From assembly GCF_009914755.1 (NCBI RefSeq), contig NC_060925.1: a stretch of DNA of 64,000 nucleotides; one strand, written 5' to 3'. A program made the position numbers and the translations under genes. The notes below the pieces were generated by a model. That model searched no databases. It had not been told where the DNA came from and was given only the letters and a program-made list of their open reading frames with translations. How positions within the stretch are numbered: position 1 is the first letter of the stretch; every line of letters begins with the position of its first letter. Below, one piece after another: positions 1 through 13,100 of the stretch. The stretch is from the human T2T-CHM13v2.0 reference genome, Homo sapiens.

Positions 1-291
1 AGGCTCTTTCCAAAAGAGAATGTGTTTATAAACAAGTGTTTGTCCTCTCTATTCAACCTTTACCTATTCAAGGAACAAAAGCTAACTTTATTCATACTTT
101 GCTATAATTTTTCCTCTTACTATTTTTGGTGAAGGGTAACAGGAAAAGTAAGATTTGAATTTTTTCAAGTAGATTGTATGGTAACATTTACATTCATTCA
201 TTTATTCATTCTAATCAACCTCAGTTCCTGAATCTTTGATGTCTCTTATAGGTGAAAGGATTTTTAATGCACCTGTGAGCCAATTTTTGGT

Positions 292-1400
292 TTCTGAAGA
301 GGAGGAAGGATGCAGAGTAAAAGGAAATGTAAAAGTGTTGTACACCAGCTCTCAGTAACCTTAGAAGATTTATATGATGCTGCAACAAGAAAACAGGCTC
401 TGCAAAATAATGTGCTTTGTGACAGGTGTGAAGACAGAGGTGGGGAAAAAAAAAAGGAACAGTACAGTGCTGTCATAATTGCCAAGGTATTGGAATGCAA
501 ATAAGAATTCATCAGATAGAACCCGGAATAGCTCAGCAAATTCAAGCTGTGTGCATGGAGACCCAGGGCCATGGGGAACAGATCAGTCCTCAAGATAGAT
601 GTAAAAGCTGCAACAGAAAGAAGATAGTTTTGGGAGAAGATGATTCTAGAAATTCATATTGACAAAAGCATGAAAGATGGCCAGAAAATAACATCTCATG
701 ATGAAAGAGACCAAAAACCAGGACTGGAGCCAGGAGATATTATCATTGCATTAGATCAGAAGGACCATGCTGTTTTTACTTGACAAAGAAAAGACCTTTT
801 CATATGTATGGATATACAGCTGGTTGTAGTATTGCATGGCTTCTGAAAACCAATATCCACTCTTGACAACTGAACCATAGTCATCATCTCTCATCCAGGT
901 CAAACTGTCAAGCATGGAGCCATCAAGCATGTGTTAAATGAAGGCAGGCCAATTTATTGTAGACCACATGAAGAGTCACTTAATCATTGAATTTAAGGTA
1001 AACTTTCTTGATAATGGCTTTCCCTTTTTTGACAAACTCCTTGCTGGAAAAACTCCTACAAAAGAGTAAAGAAGTAGAAGAGACTGATGAGATGAATCAA
1101 GTAGAATTTGTGGACTTTGATTCAAATCAGGAAAGATGATGCTGATGCCACTACAGTGCAGAAGCAAATGTGGGACCATTACAATGGAAAAGCATGAGGA
1201 TGATAAACATCATTTCAGAGGTGTTCAGTGTCAAACATCTTAATGGGACCAGTGATAATACTCGCTGCTGGCATTTTATGGGCAGTAGTGAATGAGCAAA
1301 GGACTGTAATCCTAATATGCTCACTACTTGCTATTGTTTTGGTTTTACTATTCAACTAGAGTAGTGTTTTAAAAATTAAAGGAAGAATAAATACAAATTT
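292..1400 (+). pseudogene. DNAJA1: Processed pseudogene of DNAJA1 (Hsp40 co-chaperone), 5'-truncated and lacking the J-domain
   Basis: Translation [32 protein letters not shown] matches DNAJA1 ([32 protein letters not shown]). It continues without introns through [21 protein letters not shown] to the CAAX end VQCQTS* (TAA 1241-1243), then 3'UTR with AATAAA at 1386-1391. In-frame TGA stops at 781, 844 and 871, and a frameshift at the A-run near 446-455. The symbol is the parent gene; which numbered DNAJA1P locus this is was not verified. Confidence 0.95.
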
Positions 1401-2605
1401 TTTAAAAATTGACAAGGATGAGCATGGCCAACAAACCTCTCTCCACTTTGGCAACAAATAGTTTTAAATTTGGTTTCCAGAGTAAGTTAATAGAAGGTAT
1501 AACACAGAGAACCAGAAATACAAAGTGCTCTATTAGTGAGATATCAGAAGTGATTATTGCTGATTATTATCTGATATTTTATAAAACAATCTCTTTTGAG
1601 ATATTAAATATATACTGAGATTCATAAAACGGTAGATACCTAAATTATCTCATTTAGTAAATCAGTGGGGCTATTTAATCCAGATAATTTAAACCCTAAG
1701 AATAATTTTATTTTCCAGTAGATTGACTTTTACTTATTTTATTTATTTTCTTTTACATAAACTCAGAGGGAATTACACTTTTTAAGACCATGTCATTTAA
1801 TATTTCCAGTTTTAAAGAGAAATAGAGTATTTGGCATAATGAATGCCTATTTTACTATTTGTCTTTATGTCATATGTAATTTTTCCTCTTAAAGTTTATT
1901 TTAAATGTGTTTCAAAGTCCAATAAAGGGAACACTAATACAGATTGTAATTGTATTTCAGTAATTTAAACAATTCATTCTATAACTGTGTAACTTTAAGC
2001 ATCTTTACACAAATTATATATATGGAAAGGACAGGTTCCTTCTTTAAGCTTTCCAGTAGCATGTTTGGAAATATTTTCCCTACATGGAGCTTAAACATGT
2101 TATTTGTGGCATGGAAACACCTGAGAGATTTCTTTGGTTCACAACACTCAGGATACAGGGGACATGATCCCAGTAATGAGCTGTTTACTTTGTATAAACA
2201 GAATGAATACAATACTCATAAATGTAAACACCCTGCTTACTTTCAGGCCAGCTGGAATTGGAGTGACTGAATAAGACAAATGGGCTTAGGTTTAACATCT
2301 TTATTTTTAAACCCTTTCTAAGAGTAATTATGCCCTTGTACATGCTGTATAACCTTTATTTCTAACCACAATGGGACTTATTTCTCCATCAGTTTTACCA
2401 CAGTTTTGGACTAAATTCCTCTATTTGCTTATTTATTTACAATTCATTGTCTTTTTTCTGTTCCACTCTACTAGAATCCCAAACCTCCACTTACCTCTGT
2501 TGCTAGAGATAAGTTATGCGTATCAGCACACTCTGACAAAATTACTCTTAAGCTAGGATTTTGACCTTAGACTTATGTGCTATTCTACCTTGGTAAAGCT
2601 CAAGA

Positions 2606-2607
<2 letters not shown>

Positions 2608-2647
<40 letters not shown>

Positions 2648-2652
2648 TCACA
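2608..2652. repeat. (CA)n microsatellite
   Basis: About 17 CA units followed by CACT variants. Confidence 0.95.
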
Positions 2653-3163
2653 TTTGATTACATTAAAATACACCTAAATTCCATGCTTCATTAATCATTT
2701 TCCATGAATTTTATATTAATCCTGTACATTAATGAGAGCTTTTAACAATTTCCTTTTCTACTGTTGAAACTTCAGTCTTCTATTTAACCCATTTTTGGAC
2801 CTTTGATCCATGTCAAGATAGCCTGTGAAGACTGTTGAACTGTTTGGCAAGATCTCCCAAGCAGTGGTTTACAAATTGTGTGGCTTCACTACTATTAGGC
2901 TGTTCAATTAATTCAATGCGCTATGAACAGATTTATAATTGAAATGGAAGAGAATAAAATACATCAGATTGAACTTTATAATTTTTATGTTACACTGCAA
3001 ATGAAAAACTTGCAAAATTTTCAGTGTTTGTATGAATGTGTATGTATATGCTTGTGGTAAATATATTACTTTTATTACTTACTCTGGTTTTTATTTGAAA
3101 AGTTTTAAAGCCTAGAGCAGGATTTCTCATGCAAGAGTTACCAAATAATCCATTTAAAACATA

Positions 3164-3165
<2 letters not shown>

Positions 3166-3195
<30 letters not shown>
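3166..3195. repeat. (TAA)n microsatellite
   Basis: About 10 perfect TAA units. Confidence 0.95.
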
Positions 3196-3197
<2 letters not shown>

Positions 3198-3621
3198 GTA
3201 TGCATAGTATTTGCTTATATCGATTTATGTAATAAAATATACACGTACAAAGATATGCAACAATCATTTATAAAGATTAGGAATAAATTTATTATTCATT
3301 TTACTTTACGTAGTAAAAATGCCAGAAAGTTCCAGTTAAATAATACAATTTAAATAACATTAACATGGCACATGCACCTGCTTTCCTGAATTTAAACTGA
3401 CCAGGTTGTGTTTAATAATATGAAGCTGTATTAGCACCTTTTAATTTTCAGTTGCTATTGATTTTATCTTTTAATATTAAGAATGTTGTGTCGTCCTTGA
3501 ATCACTGTGAAAGTCATTCAGTTATTATGCACATTTGCCATGGCACTTGTTACTAAAAACTGCAGTAAGCTGATACGTTCTAAGAGTGGACACAGTTCGT
3601 GCACTCACAATTTGAACATGA

Positions 3622-3946
<325 letters not shown>

Positions 3947-5705
3947 TGCTTATACACTCTTAACCCATACAATATTTCCATTCTCTGATCTCTTTTCTAT
4001 CTGAACTGATGCATAACTTTTGTTTTATATCATTCCTTGGCTTCATTTGACTCTCACTCAGAACAAATGCAGTAGAAAACAACAAGTAATTGCAAACAAC
4101 AAAATTCTTAGGAGAAAAGATGCTCACAAAATGATCCAGAACACGAGTGGATTAATTCCCTTTGCGCTTATCTTTGAAATACAGAACACAAAACTTAACA
4201 TCTGTCATAGAACCTTCCAGAATGTATTCATAGAGCTTAGGATGTCCATAAGTGCTAATGTGGAAATCCTGATCTAGATAATTTCTCCACATTTTGTAAC
4301 TGCAGGTGTGTGTGTGTTTCATATGTACCAACTACCTGTAGAAAAGTAATCTGTGATAAGAAAAATATTGAAAGAAATCAAATGTTTATGCAGGAATTAT
4401 ACATATTCAAAATTAATACTATCTCTATGCTAAAAATAAATAAATGCCTATAAAATATTTTAAAATAGATACCATTACTAACACAAGACAGCAATTATAC
4501 TGTACTTATAACAAAATATTCTTTCTAAAACTTACTAGAATTCCGACAATTCTAGTATGTATACAATGAGCTTTGTAAAATGGTTAAGTTTTACATGGCA
4601 GGAGAACACTAAATTGCAATGCTAAGTGAACGCTACTCCCTAATTTTAGGTTGTGAATGCCAAATTATAATGATCTCTATTTACTCTCTTGAGAAGTTAC
4701 TAGTATAGCCCTCAAGTGAACATAAGAGTGAAAAACAGTGTAAATTAATGGTACTAGAGTGCATATTTTTTAAAAATCAGTTTGCAACCACAAGAATTCA
4801 TGTGGGTAATGAACCATACATTATGAAACATGGCACTAAATGTTTAAATATAATATTAGAAACAGCTATGATTTACCAACTTTTAGAAAAGTAAATAACA
4901 TTGTTCTACATTAAAATATGAAATAAATCTAGGTTTGATTTAATCTGGGATACATTGCTGAGGATATTGATTAACATAATCCAAGTAACTCATGTGATGC
5001 AAAGTGGAAAATAATGATTTCTAGAGTAAACAGAACTTTTAAGATTATTATTAGAAATACAGTTTGTAAGATCACAAACAAAAACACTTCCTTTTTCTAA
5101 GGCAACTTTCCAAAATTTCTTATAAGTCATATAAACAATTAATATGTTTTGACTGAGGATTGACTCTTAGCTTGAGGTACCATGTGTCTGAAGGCAATTT
5201 TTATTATATTCTCCTTCTAGACATTTATTTTATTTATTTGAATTGGGATAAGAAAAATTTTTAAAAGAAATAATTCACCCTTCCTTAATATTTACCTACA
5301 ATAGAATTATCCATAGCTTACTGAAAAAAAGTGTTTTGGAGAAGTTATCTCATATTTTCAGTTTTAGAAGGATGAGTTTAAAAAACTGATTATTTTTGAG
5401 CAATCATTATATAGAATATAATATTGAGTGGAATATCTGAGTTGGGTAATATAATCTCCTTTTGACTGATCAGGAAACTGTGGTTATGTAGTAAGGTTGA
5501 GCAACTCACCCAACATCATATAACTAGTAAGTGGCAGATTGAGGATTTAGTTTCTGATGGATTCCAAACGCATACAGCTTTATCGTGAAGTGTATCAAAA
5601 CTTTGAAATTATAGTGGGTGGTTAAACATAACTGTAAATGGTGTTCAGACCTGACTTCTCCATGTTTAAGGGGTTCTATTTAATATTGAGCAGTTTGGGG
5701 AACTA

Positions 5706-6057
<352 letters not shown>

Positions 6058-6179
6058 AAAAACAGAATTGAATGACAGCAGTACAAAATCTTGAACATGT
6101 ATTTAATTCACTTATTCAGCAATTCATTCATTCATTATGCAGGTGGCATGCAGTACACAGAAAAAAAGCAATTATATGA

Positions 6180-6762
6180 AGTATTTATTGCTGTGTAACA
6201 AAGTACCCCAAAACTTATTTTCTTTAAACAACAAACATTGATTATCTCACAGTTTCCGTGCCAGGAATCTGGGTACAGCTCAGCTGGGCGGCTCTACCTC
6301 AAGGTCTCTCACAAGTCCACAGTCAAGACTGGAGCTGTGATCATATCTGAAGGTTCAAATTGGGGACGATCGGCTTTTAAACTCAATCACATGGTTATTG
6401 CTAGAATTCAGTTCTCCACTGATTGTTGGACTGAGGTGTCATTTTTTTCACTGGCTATTGGCCAGAGGCTGCCCTTAGTTTCTGGCTATGTAGGCCTCTC
6501 CCTAGGGAAGCTCACAACATGATAGCTTGTTTCCCTCCTGGCAAACAAAAGGGAGAATAAGAGCAGATGAAAGAGGGAGAGGAGGGGCAAGACTGTAGCA
6601 AAAGTGTCTTTGAAACTAATATTTAAGGCATAATTTTATCACTTTTGCATATTCTATTCATAAAAGGGAGTTACTAGGTGGACCCCCACACTCAAGCAGG
6701 TAGGATTCCACAAGGACATAAATACAAGGAATTTGGGAGATAGTGTAGAAATTGCCTACCAT
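6180..6762 (-). mobile_element. MLT1 (ERVL-MaLR) solo LTR, MLT1F/G-like
   Basis: TATTGCTGTGTAACAAAGTACCCCAAAACTT...ATTATCTCACAGTTTC...CAGGAATCTGGG is the reverse complement of an MLT1 LTR 3' end. Confidence 0.75.
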
Positions 6763-7239
6763 AGCAATTAACATGTGTTAGTTGCTGGTAAACGTTTGAC
6801 ATTTGAATTGCATAACTTTTATATCATAAATTCAATCTATAGGAATTTCCTCGCAAAAATAACTAGAAAGACAAAAAATTCTAAACATTCTTATGTAAGA
6901 ATAATTTGAATTGTAAAAAAATACAAAACGGTTTGAACTTTCAATAAAAATGGAATGAATAAATACATTTAAAAATTTAATATGTAAATAAATAATTTAA
7001 ACTGGAAAATTTATATTTTTTAATTTAACATTTAACACATAAGTTACTTATTTAGCTTCATTCTTTGTTTTAATGTCAGCTCTTTGTTCTAATGTTAGCT
7101 TCTTGTAATGTTATTTCTTTGTTCTAATTTTAACTTCTTAAGGAACCCTTTTCTGTCATATTATTACCCTAGAATTATAGGTAAGGTAGTGGAAGTTGAA
7201 TTGTCACAAGAAATTACAAGATCTTCACTTGAAATATTA

Positions 7240-7473
7240 TAGGATATTCCCTTATTCTGCCTAATTACTTTTCCTATCACTTATCATAGCCTGACATTAT
7301 ATTAATAGTACTCATGAGTTTATTTATATGTTTGATGTTTCTCACTAGAATGCAAATTCTAGAATGGCAGGAAGTTTGTTTGCTTTGTTCATTTCTGTGG
7401 TTCAATCATCCAGACAAGTCCATGAACACAGACTTGAAAAATATTCTGAAATTTTTCTGAAGAAATGAATGAA
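7240..7473 (+). mobile_element. L2 3' end fragment
   Basis: CACTAGAATGCAAATTCTAGAATGGCAGGAAG...GAAATGAATGAA, typical of L2 termini. Confidence 0.65.
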
Positions 7474-8419
7474 ATCTATGGATAGACTCGTATGAGAACA
7501 CAGAAGAAAGGTAGTTAATGAGCCTGCAAGCCCTTGGCATGTTTGATTAACAAAGTTTTCCCAGAGGAAGTAATATTTGAGCTAAAATGAGATGGAATAA
7601 GGGAAAGGGAAGGCTTCCCTGAAGCAATAGAGATATCAATCTGTACATATATTTGATCTCATATGACAGCTCATGATCTGGCATAGAGAAGGCATTCAGT
7701 GGTTTGAAAATTGGCTATTGGAGATAAAGAGAGACAAGCTAATTTAGTGTAAAGGCAAGAAAGTGTTTGGCTTGGACAAATCATGGGGTCAGAGCTAAAA
7801 AGTGAAAGAAGTGAATCTAGGAAGGAGCTGATAAAGTAGAAAAAAAATGGTAGAGTTAGTGGATTGGAAAGCTAAATAAAGTAAAGAAAATATATGAAAG
7901 AGTTGAATTTGGGATATGATATTATGATTGAGATGTAAAGGATATTTGAGGTGGCAAGGCCAGAATAAGACATGAAAGTGGGTGGCTAAAGTGGATTGGG
8001 GATAAAGGTTAATGGCATCTATTTTGAGAACATCCTAAAATATTAACTTTACAGATTTACTGCAAATTTAGAAATTCCTTTCAGAAGCGGGTGCCTATAT
8101 TTAAATAAATTGTTAAACCTGTTCAAAAGTAAAGTGAAATGCAATAATTGGTTATGATATTTTTGGATTCTCTATGACCTTTCTATTTATCTTTAATCAT
8201 ATTCCTAGTAATAAGTCAATTTCAATAATATAATTTATTATTGTTCCTCAGAGCCTACTATATGGTATGAGAGTTACAAAGAAAAATGAGATTTCCTCAC
8301 TTAACAAACTGGTTAAGACTACTACTGGCTAAGACCAGCACCCCTGCTGGTTTTCTAAGAAGTTTACATTCTAAGAAGTTTACATTGTTTGGGACATGCA
8401 AAATAAACAGCTGTCATAC

Positions 8420-9700
8420 TGTTGGAAGAACCAGGGAAGACTTCAGAAAAATTGTATTTGAGTGGGTCTTGAAGAATACATAGAATTTTATCAATCATAT
8501 AGGACAAAGTAGAATTTCAGATGGAGACAAAAACCTAAGAGAAAATAGTGGAGACAATCAAATGAGACAAGCATTTGAGAAACAATGAGTACTGTACATG
8601 GGACATGGAATGTCCTTACATATGGGTATAGAGATTTAGAGCTGGAACGGTGATATAGAGAATAAGGCTACAGGAATAAGAGTCGGGACTTAAATGAGTC
8701 TGAAAGTTTTCAAGATGACAGGGGACACTGTCAGCAAAACGTAAAATGGAAAAGGAAGTAGATTAGATGCAGAAATACCAACTAGGAGGCTATTGAAAAA
8801 GTCCAGCAAGGACTAATAAGAGCCTGAACTAGAATAAAGGAAGTATGAGTGGGGAAGAATGTGGACATGAGAAATATATGGTGATTTACAGACCTGACAG
8901 ATAATTGACTATGGGGCAATTGCAAAGGATGGTGTTAAAGATGACGACTAAATTTCAACTGGGAGAACAGTGGTACTTCAATAGAAACAGGAGAGTCAGT
9001 GGAAAAGTAATAGGTATAATAAATTGATATTTTCTGATTTGATTTAAATGCTACAGGTAAATCAAAGTGGAGAGGTAAAACATTCAATTTAAATTTTGAG
9101 CTACAAATTCAGAAGTGAGGTCATAATAAGAATTTCATATTCAAGAATCATCTGCGTGGAGATGAGATAAAAAAACTTCAGAATGAATGAAATTATTAGA
9201 GAGCAACAGGGTTAAAAATAGAACTTGTCTCTGATGAGAGATATTACTATTGAAAGGTGAAAGGAGGAAGGGGAAATAGAACTAGATATAGAAAAGGAAT
9301 AAATTTCCAAATAGCTATGAAAAAAAGAGAAGTAAATGATGACTGTATGACGTGGAAGCCAAATAGGGAGGGAGTGCAAGAAGGAGGGCATGGTTGGTGA
9401 AGGACAACCATAGTTAGGAGAGAATAATTTCAAAACAATATTCAAAAGATCTATTCGATAGAATAAGTCCACACTGAATCCTGATTATAATGGTTAAATT
9501 TGAGAAGTAAGTACTTCTGAGAAAGTGGTGACATCAAGATATGATCTATTTCCATAAGTTTGGCAGCAAGACAGGGGGACAGATGGTGTGGAAGCTTGGA
9601 ATAGTAGCATCACAGAGAGGAAATGAAGAAATTGAGCATGTTTGCCACCCAAAAGGGAAGGAACTAAGTAGTAGAGAGGGAGACATTAAAGATGGAAATG
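8420..9700 (-). mobile_element. Degraded L2 fragments
   Basis: Purine-rich antisense L2 motifs such as ACCAACTAGGAGGCTATTG...GTCCAG and GGCCTGAACTAG-like words; boundaries approximate. Confidence 0.55.
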
Positions 9701-9879
9701 AAACTAAGAGGAACTAGGAAATTTAGAATAATCAAGGGACCAAAACTACACATTAAAAGAGAAATGTTTATAAGAAAGATGGTCTCAGTCAGGTGTACAA
9801 AGAAAAGAAGTGGAAGTTCTGTAAATAATTGATATGTTAAACAAACACCACTTGGTTGGTTCTAACTGCAGTAATCAAT

Positions 9880-10125
9880 TTAAAAATAGCTACTATTTGT
9901 TTAGGGGTTACTATTTTCCAGGAACTGTGCTTAACAGCGTACGTATACTATCTCATTTAATCTTTCCAACAGCTCCATGGAGTATGTACTATAAATACCC
10001 CCATTTTAAATGTAGGAAATTGTATCATTAGAGAATGTAACTTATTCAAGGCTGTCTGTGAGAGTTATATCTGTGAATCAAACTAAGACTGGCTCCCAAG
10101 CCCATACTCTTGACCACCTTGCTGG
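9880..10125 (-). mobile_element. MIR
   Basis: TCTCATTTAATCTTTCCAACAGC...CCCCATTTTAAATGTAGGAAAT, antisense MIR core. Confidence 0.7.
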
Positions 10126-13100
10126 GTGAGTGGATTGAAATATGAAGAATCACCACTGTATGAAGGATAAAAGGGATTTTTCCAGCAGCAGTGGAAATCC
10201 ACTTGACAGCTTGGCTTTCTAATGTGTTGTATTTAGTGTGGTTTTGTGAGTACTTCCAGAATGTGATAACAAAGATAGTAGATAATTTCATGACTTGGAA
10301 ACAAGCATTATAGAAGGGCAGGGAAAAGAAAATTTCAAGGTGAGAGTTGTCATATGTTTTAAATGACTGACACTGGAGTCCAGTCTGAATGGAACAGAAG
10401 GGAAGCCCAAAGAGAGTGGCTAATTGAAAGCACAGGGCATAAGCAAGGGCCTGGGCAACACAAGAACAAAGACAATTGTTAGGTAGAAGAGAATAAAGAA
10501 CTGTATTAGAGAGGAGTTTAATTCTTTCAAAAGTATTTATATGTCAAACTGATGACACTAGGATAAGCTTAGGATATTCAAAGGTTAATTAGACATAGTT
10601 CTGCCTGAGAGAAAGATTTAATACCAAGGAAAATGAGTGGAAATTGGGGTTGCTGCAGTCATGGAGCTAAGGAACTGAAGCCACAGATAGGCAGAAATTT
10701 TAGTCCGTGCATGATGTTAACTGTTGAGTTTGTAAGGCTTATAATATTGACTTTAGTAAGGTTGTATGCTATATAGTTTTTATTGCTTTTGCTATTTTAT
10801 ACTTTGTTTATGATTAGTGACACTTAAGAACTGCTTGTTTACAGATTCTGCTAAAATCTGTTTCCTGCATGTCCTATCAAAGAAAAACAATCCTTGAAAC
10901 CATTTTGTAAAAATACAGCTTTATATATTTCAATGCACGTCCTTCTTAAGGAAATTTGGTATCTGAAAAACTGAAACAAAACATTGTGATATTTTAAGCA
11001 GATACAAAGATTTTTTTACCATTATAATACTTATACATGGCAATACATTATTTTTAGTTATTATTTTTAAATGACTGATTACAATAAGGAAATATGATTG
11101 TGTTTGATTTATTAATATGATACTGGACACCTCTAAATTTATTAACAAAGTAATTTTTATTACTTTTTTATTCAGAGTGCTTTGGATACAGGAACAAAGT
11201 ATCCCTTTATTTCAACAAAACCAAACTTTTTCAAACCTTGCCTTTTCCATAACAACTATTATTTACTAGAGAATATGGGCAATTGTAGGGAATTTTTTGT
11301 TGACTCAGTCATCCTTATAGTTTGCCAAGTTATAGTTCTTTATATTGAATAGCCCACAATAACGCACTTTCTTGAAGAAACTGTTTAAGATCATCAAAAA
11401 ATAAATGGAAGAAGTTAAAAGAAAATGTTCTTGAATGATTGAAGATGGGAGAGGATATGGTCAGGGTAAATTGGAACAGAACTCCAAAACTAATCATGTC
11501 AGGCAGGAGGAAAAAATATCTTGACTTTATTTTAGGAACGAGTCAGAAGTTATTTGTAACATTTAGTAGGGTGGAGGAAGAGAGAGAAGTTCCATTTTTC
11601 ATTTCTGAAGATGCAGCTGCTAGTGCTAGCCTGACACATGGTCCATAATTCTACAGAAAGAGTGGATGAGAATGAGTTTGTCAATACCTAACTTTTAAGT
11701 AACTTGGAGTATATTGTTTATCCTTTAATATGTGGAGGGAAGCTAAATCTGTTTCAACACATGAATAAGTGGTTGATAAATACATGAAAACTGCAATACA
11801 CAAAGCTGTGAACAGAATTGCAAAAAGCTGGTGGCCAGCAATACAATTCAATGATGACAAATGACTGTTTTCCAAAGAGATTTTCTTCCTGGAAGGTGAA
11901 AACTGATGGCAAACAAATCAAGGCAATAACTTTCTCCCTATCACTGAGAATAACTCTTACAATTATGAAAAACAGCCATCCAGAAAACATAAAATGCTGA
12001 GATGAATTCTCCTCCCACCTGTTTACCTCTACTCCCCACAGTCACAGCAAAACCAATGCCCAGCTAATGTCTCAGATAACTCCCTTTCAGCATGTGGTAG
12101 ACAGACAAAACTGGTAATCTTTGGGCACAATAGAAGGTAGAAAGTGGTAAGGCCTGAGGAGTTATTTGTCAAAAATTATTGCTCTAGGGTAAGATAAAAC
12201 GAACCTTTCCAAAATTTCTAAAAGAAGGTTTTGGTAGTGAGGTTGTGGCAACAAAGGATTTGATAGATGTGTACTCATCAGAACATATATTTTGTATATT
12301 TTTTAGTTTTTGTTTTTCATTAGTAAGTCTTCAATCAGCTACTCTTACTTCTGTGTACATTCTTGGACAGTCAATACCATGCCTCTTTCCATATTGCAAA
12401 ACTCTAATGTAACTGTGCAAGAAAACACCTCCCCCAGTTTTGAAGCAGTGAGAGTAATGTGAAGACACGGAAACATTCATTGGATTGCAATTGACTCAAT
12501 GAAACTTCCTGAAACATCAAAATCTCATTAAAAGCAGCTATTGAATAAAAATATCACTTAAGATACACTCAATGATGGAGTCAGGCCAAATGTAATTTAA
12601 TACTCTGTATCCAGACTGGGTGTGAGAAACTGTTAACTCATCCTGGTGCTATATTGCCAAAAGAGTTGTTCTACTTTAGATCTATTTACTTCTTGGAGAA
12701 AGCCTGCAATTTGCTCTGTAAGGGTTCCACTGTAAATTTAAGGAAGTTGTAAAGTAAATTTCTCAGTGGGGAGTGCTCATCAAGCTAACAGCCAGTTTCC
12801 AGGGAATAAATAAAGCCTCTGAAATTGAGATGACATCACAAGGGGAAGGCGCTTTAAACATTGTGAACACTGGCTTTCAGAATTGTGATTGGTCATTAAT
12901 GCCTGAAATCACAGCTGCAGTCAGTGTTTTCAAGGCAGAGTTACTGGCAGCAGCAAGGATCTATGAAAACACACACCGATTGGCCCAAATTTACCTTTAA
13001 AGTTGAAAGAATAACTCAAAACCCAAAAGAATCTGCCTCTGACTTGAAGCAGAGAACCACAATTCTCAGCAATGCAACCAGGAAATGATCTACTCTTATT

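Noticed and set aside
310-504. 64-aa ORF with clear DNAJA1 similarity as a functional CDS
   Set aside because: It is a pseudogene fragment: frameshift at the A-run, several in-frame stops downstream, no J-domain and no introns.
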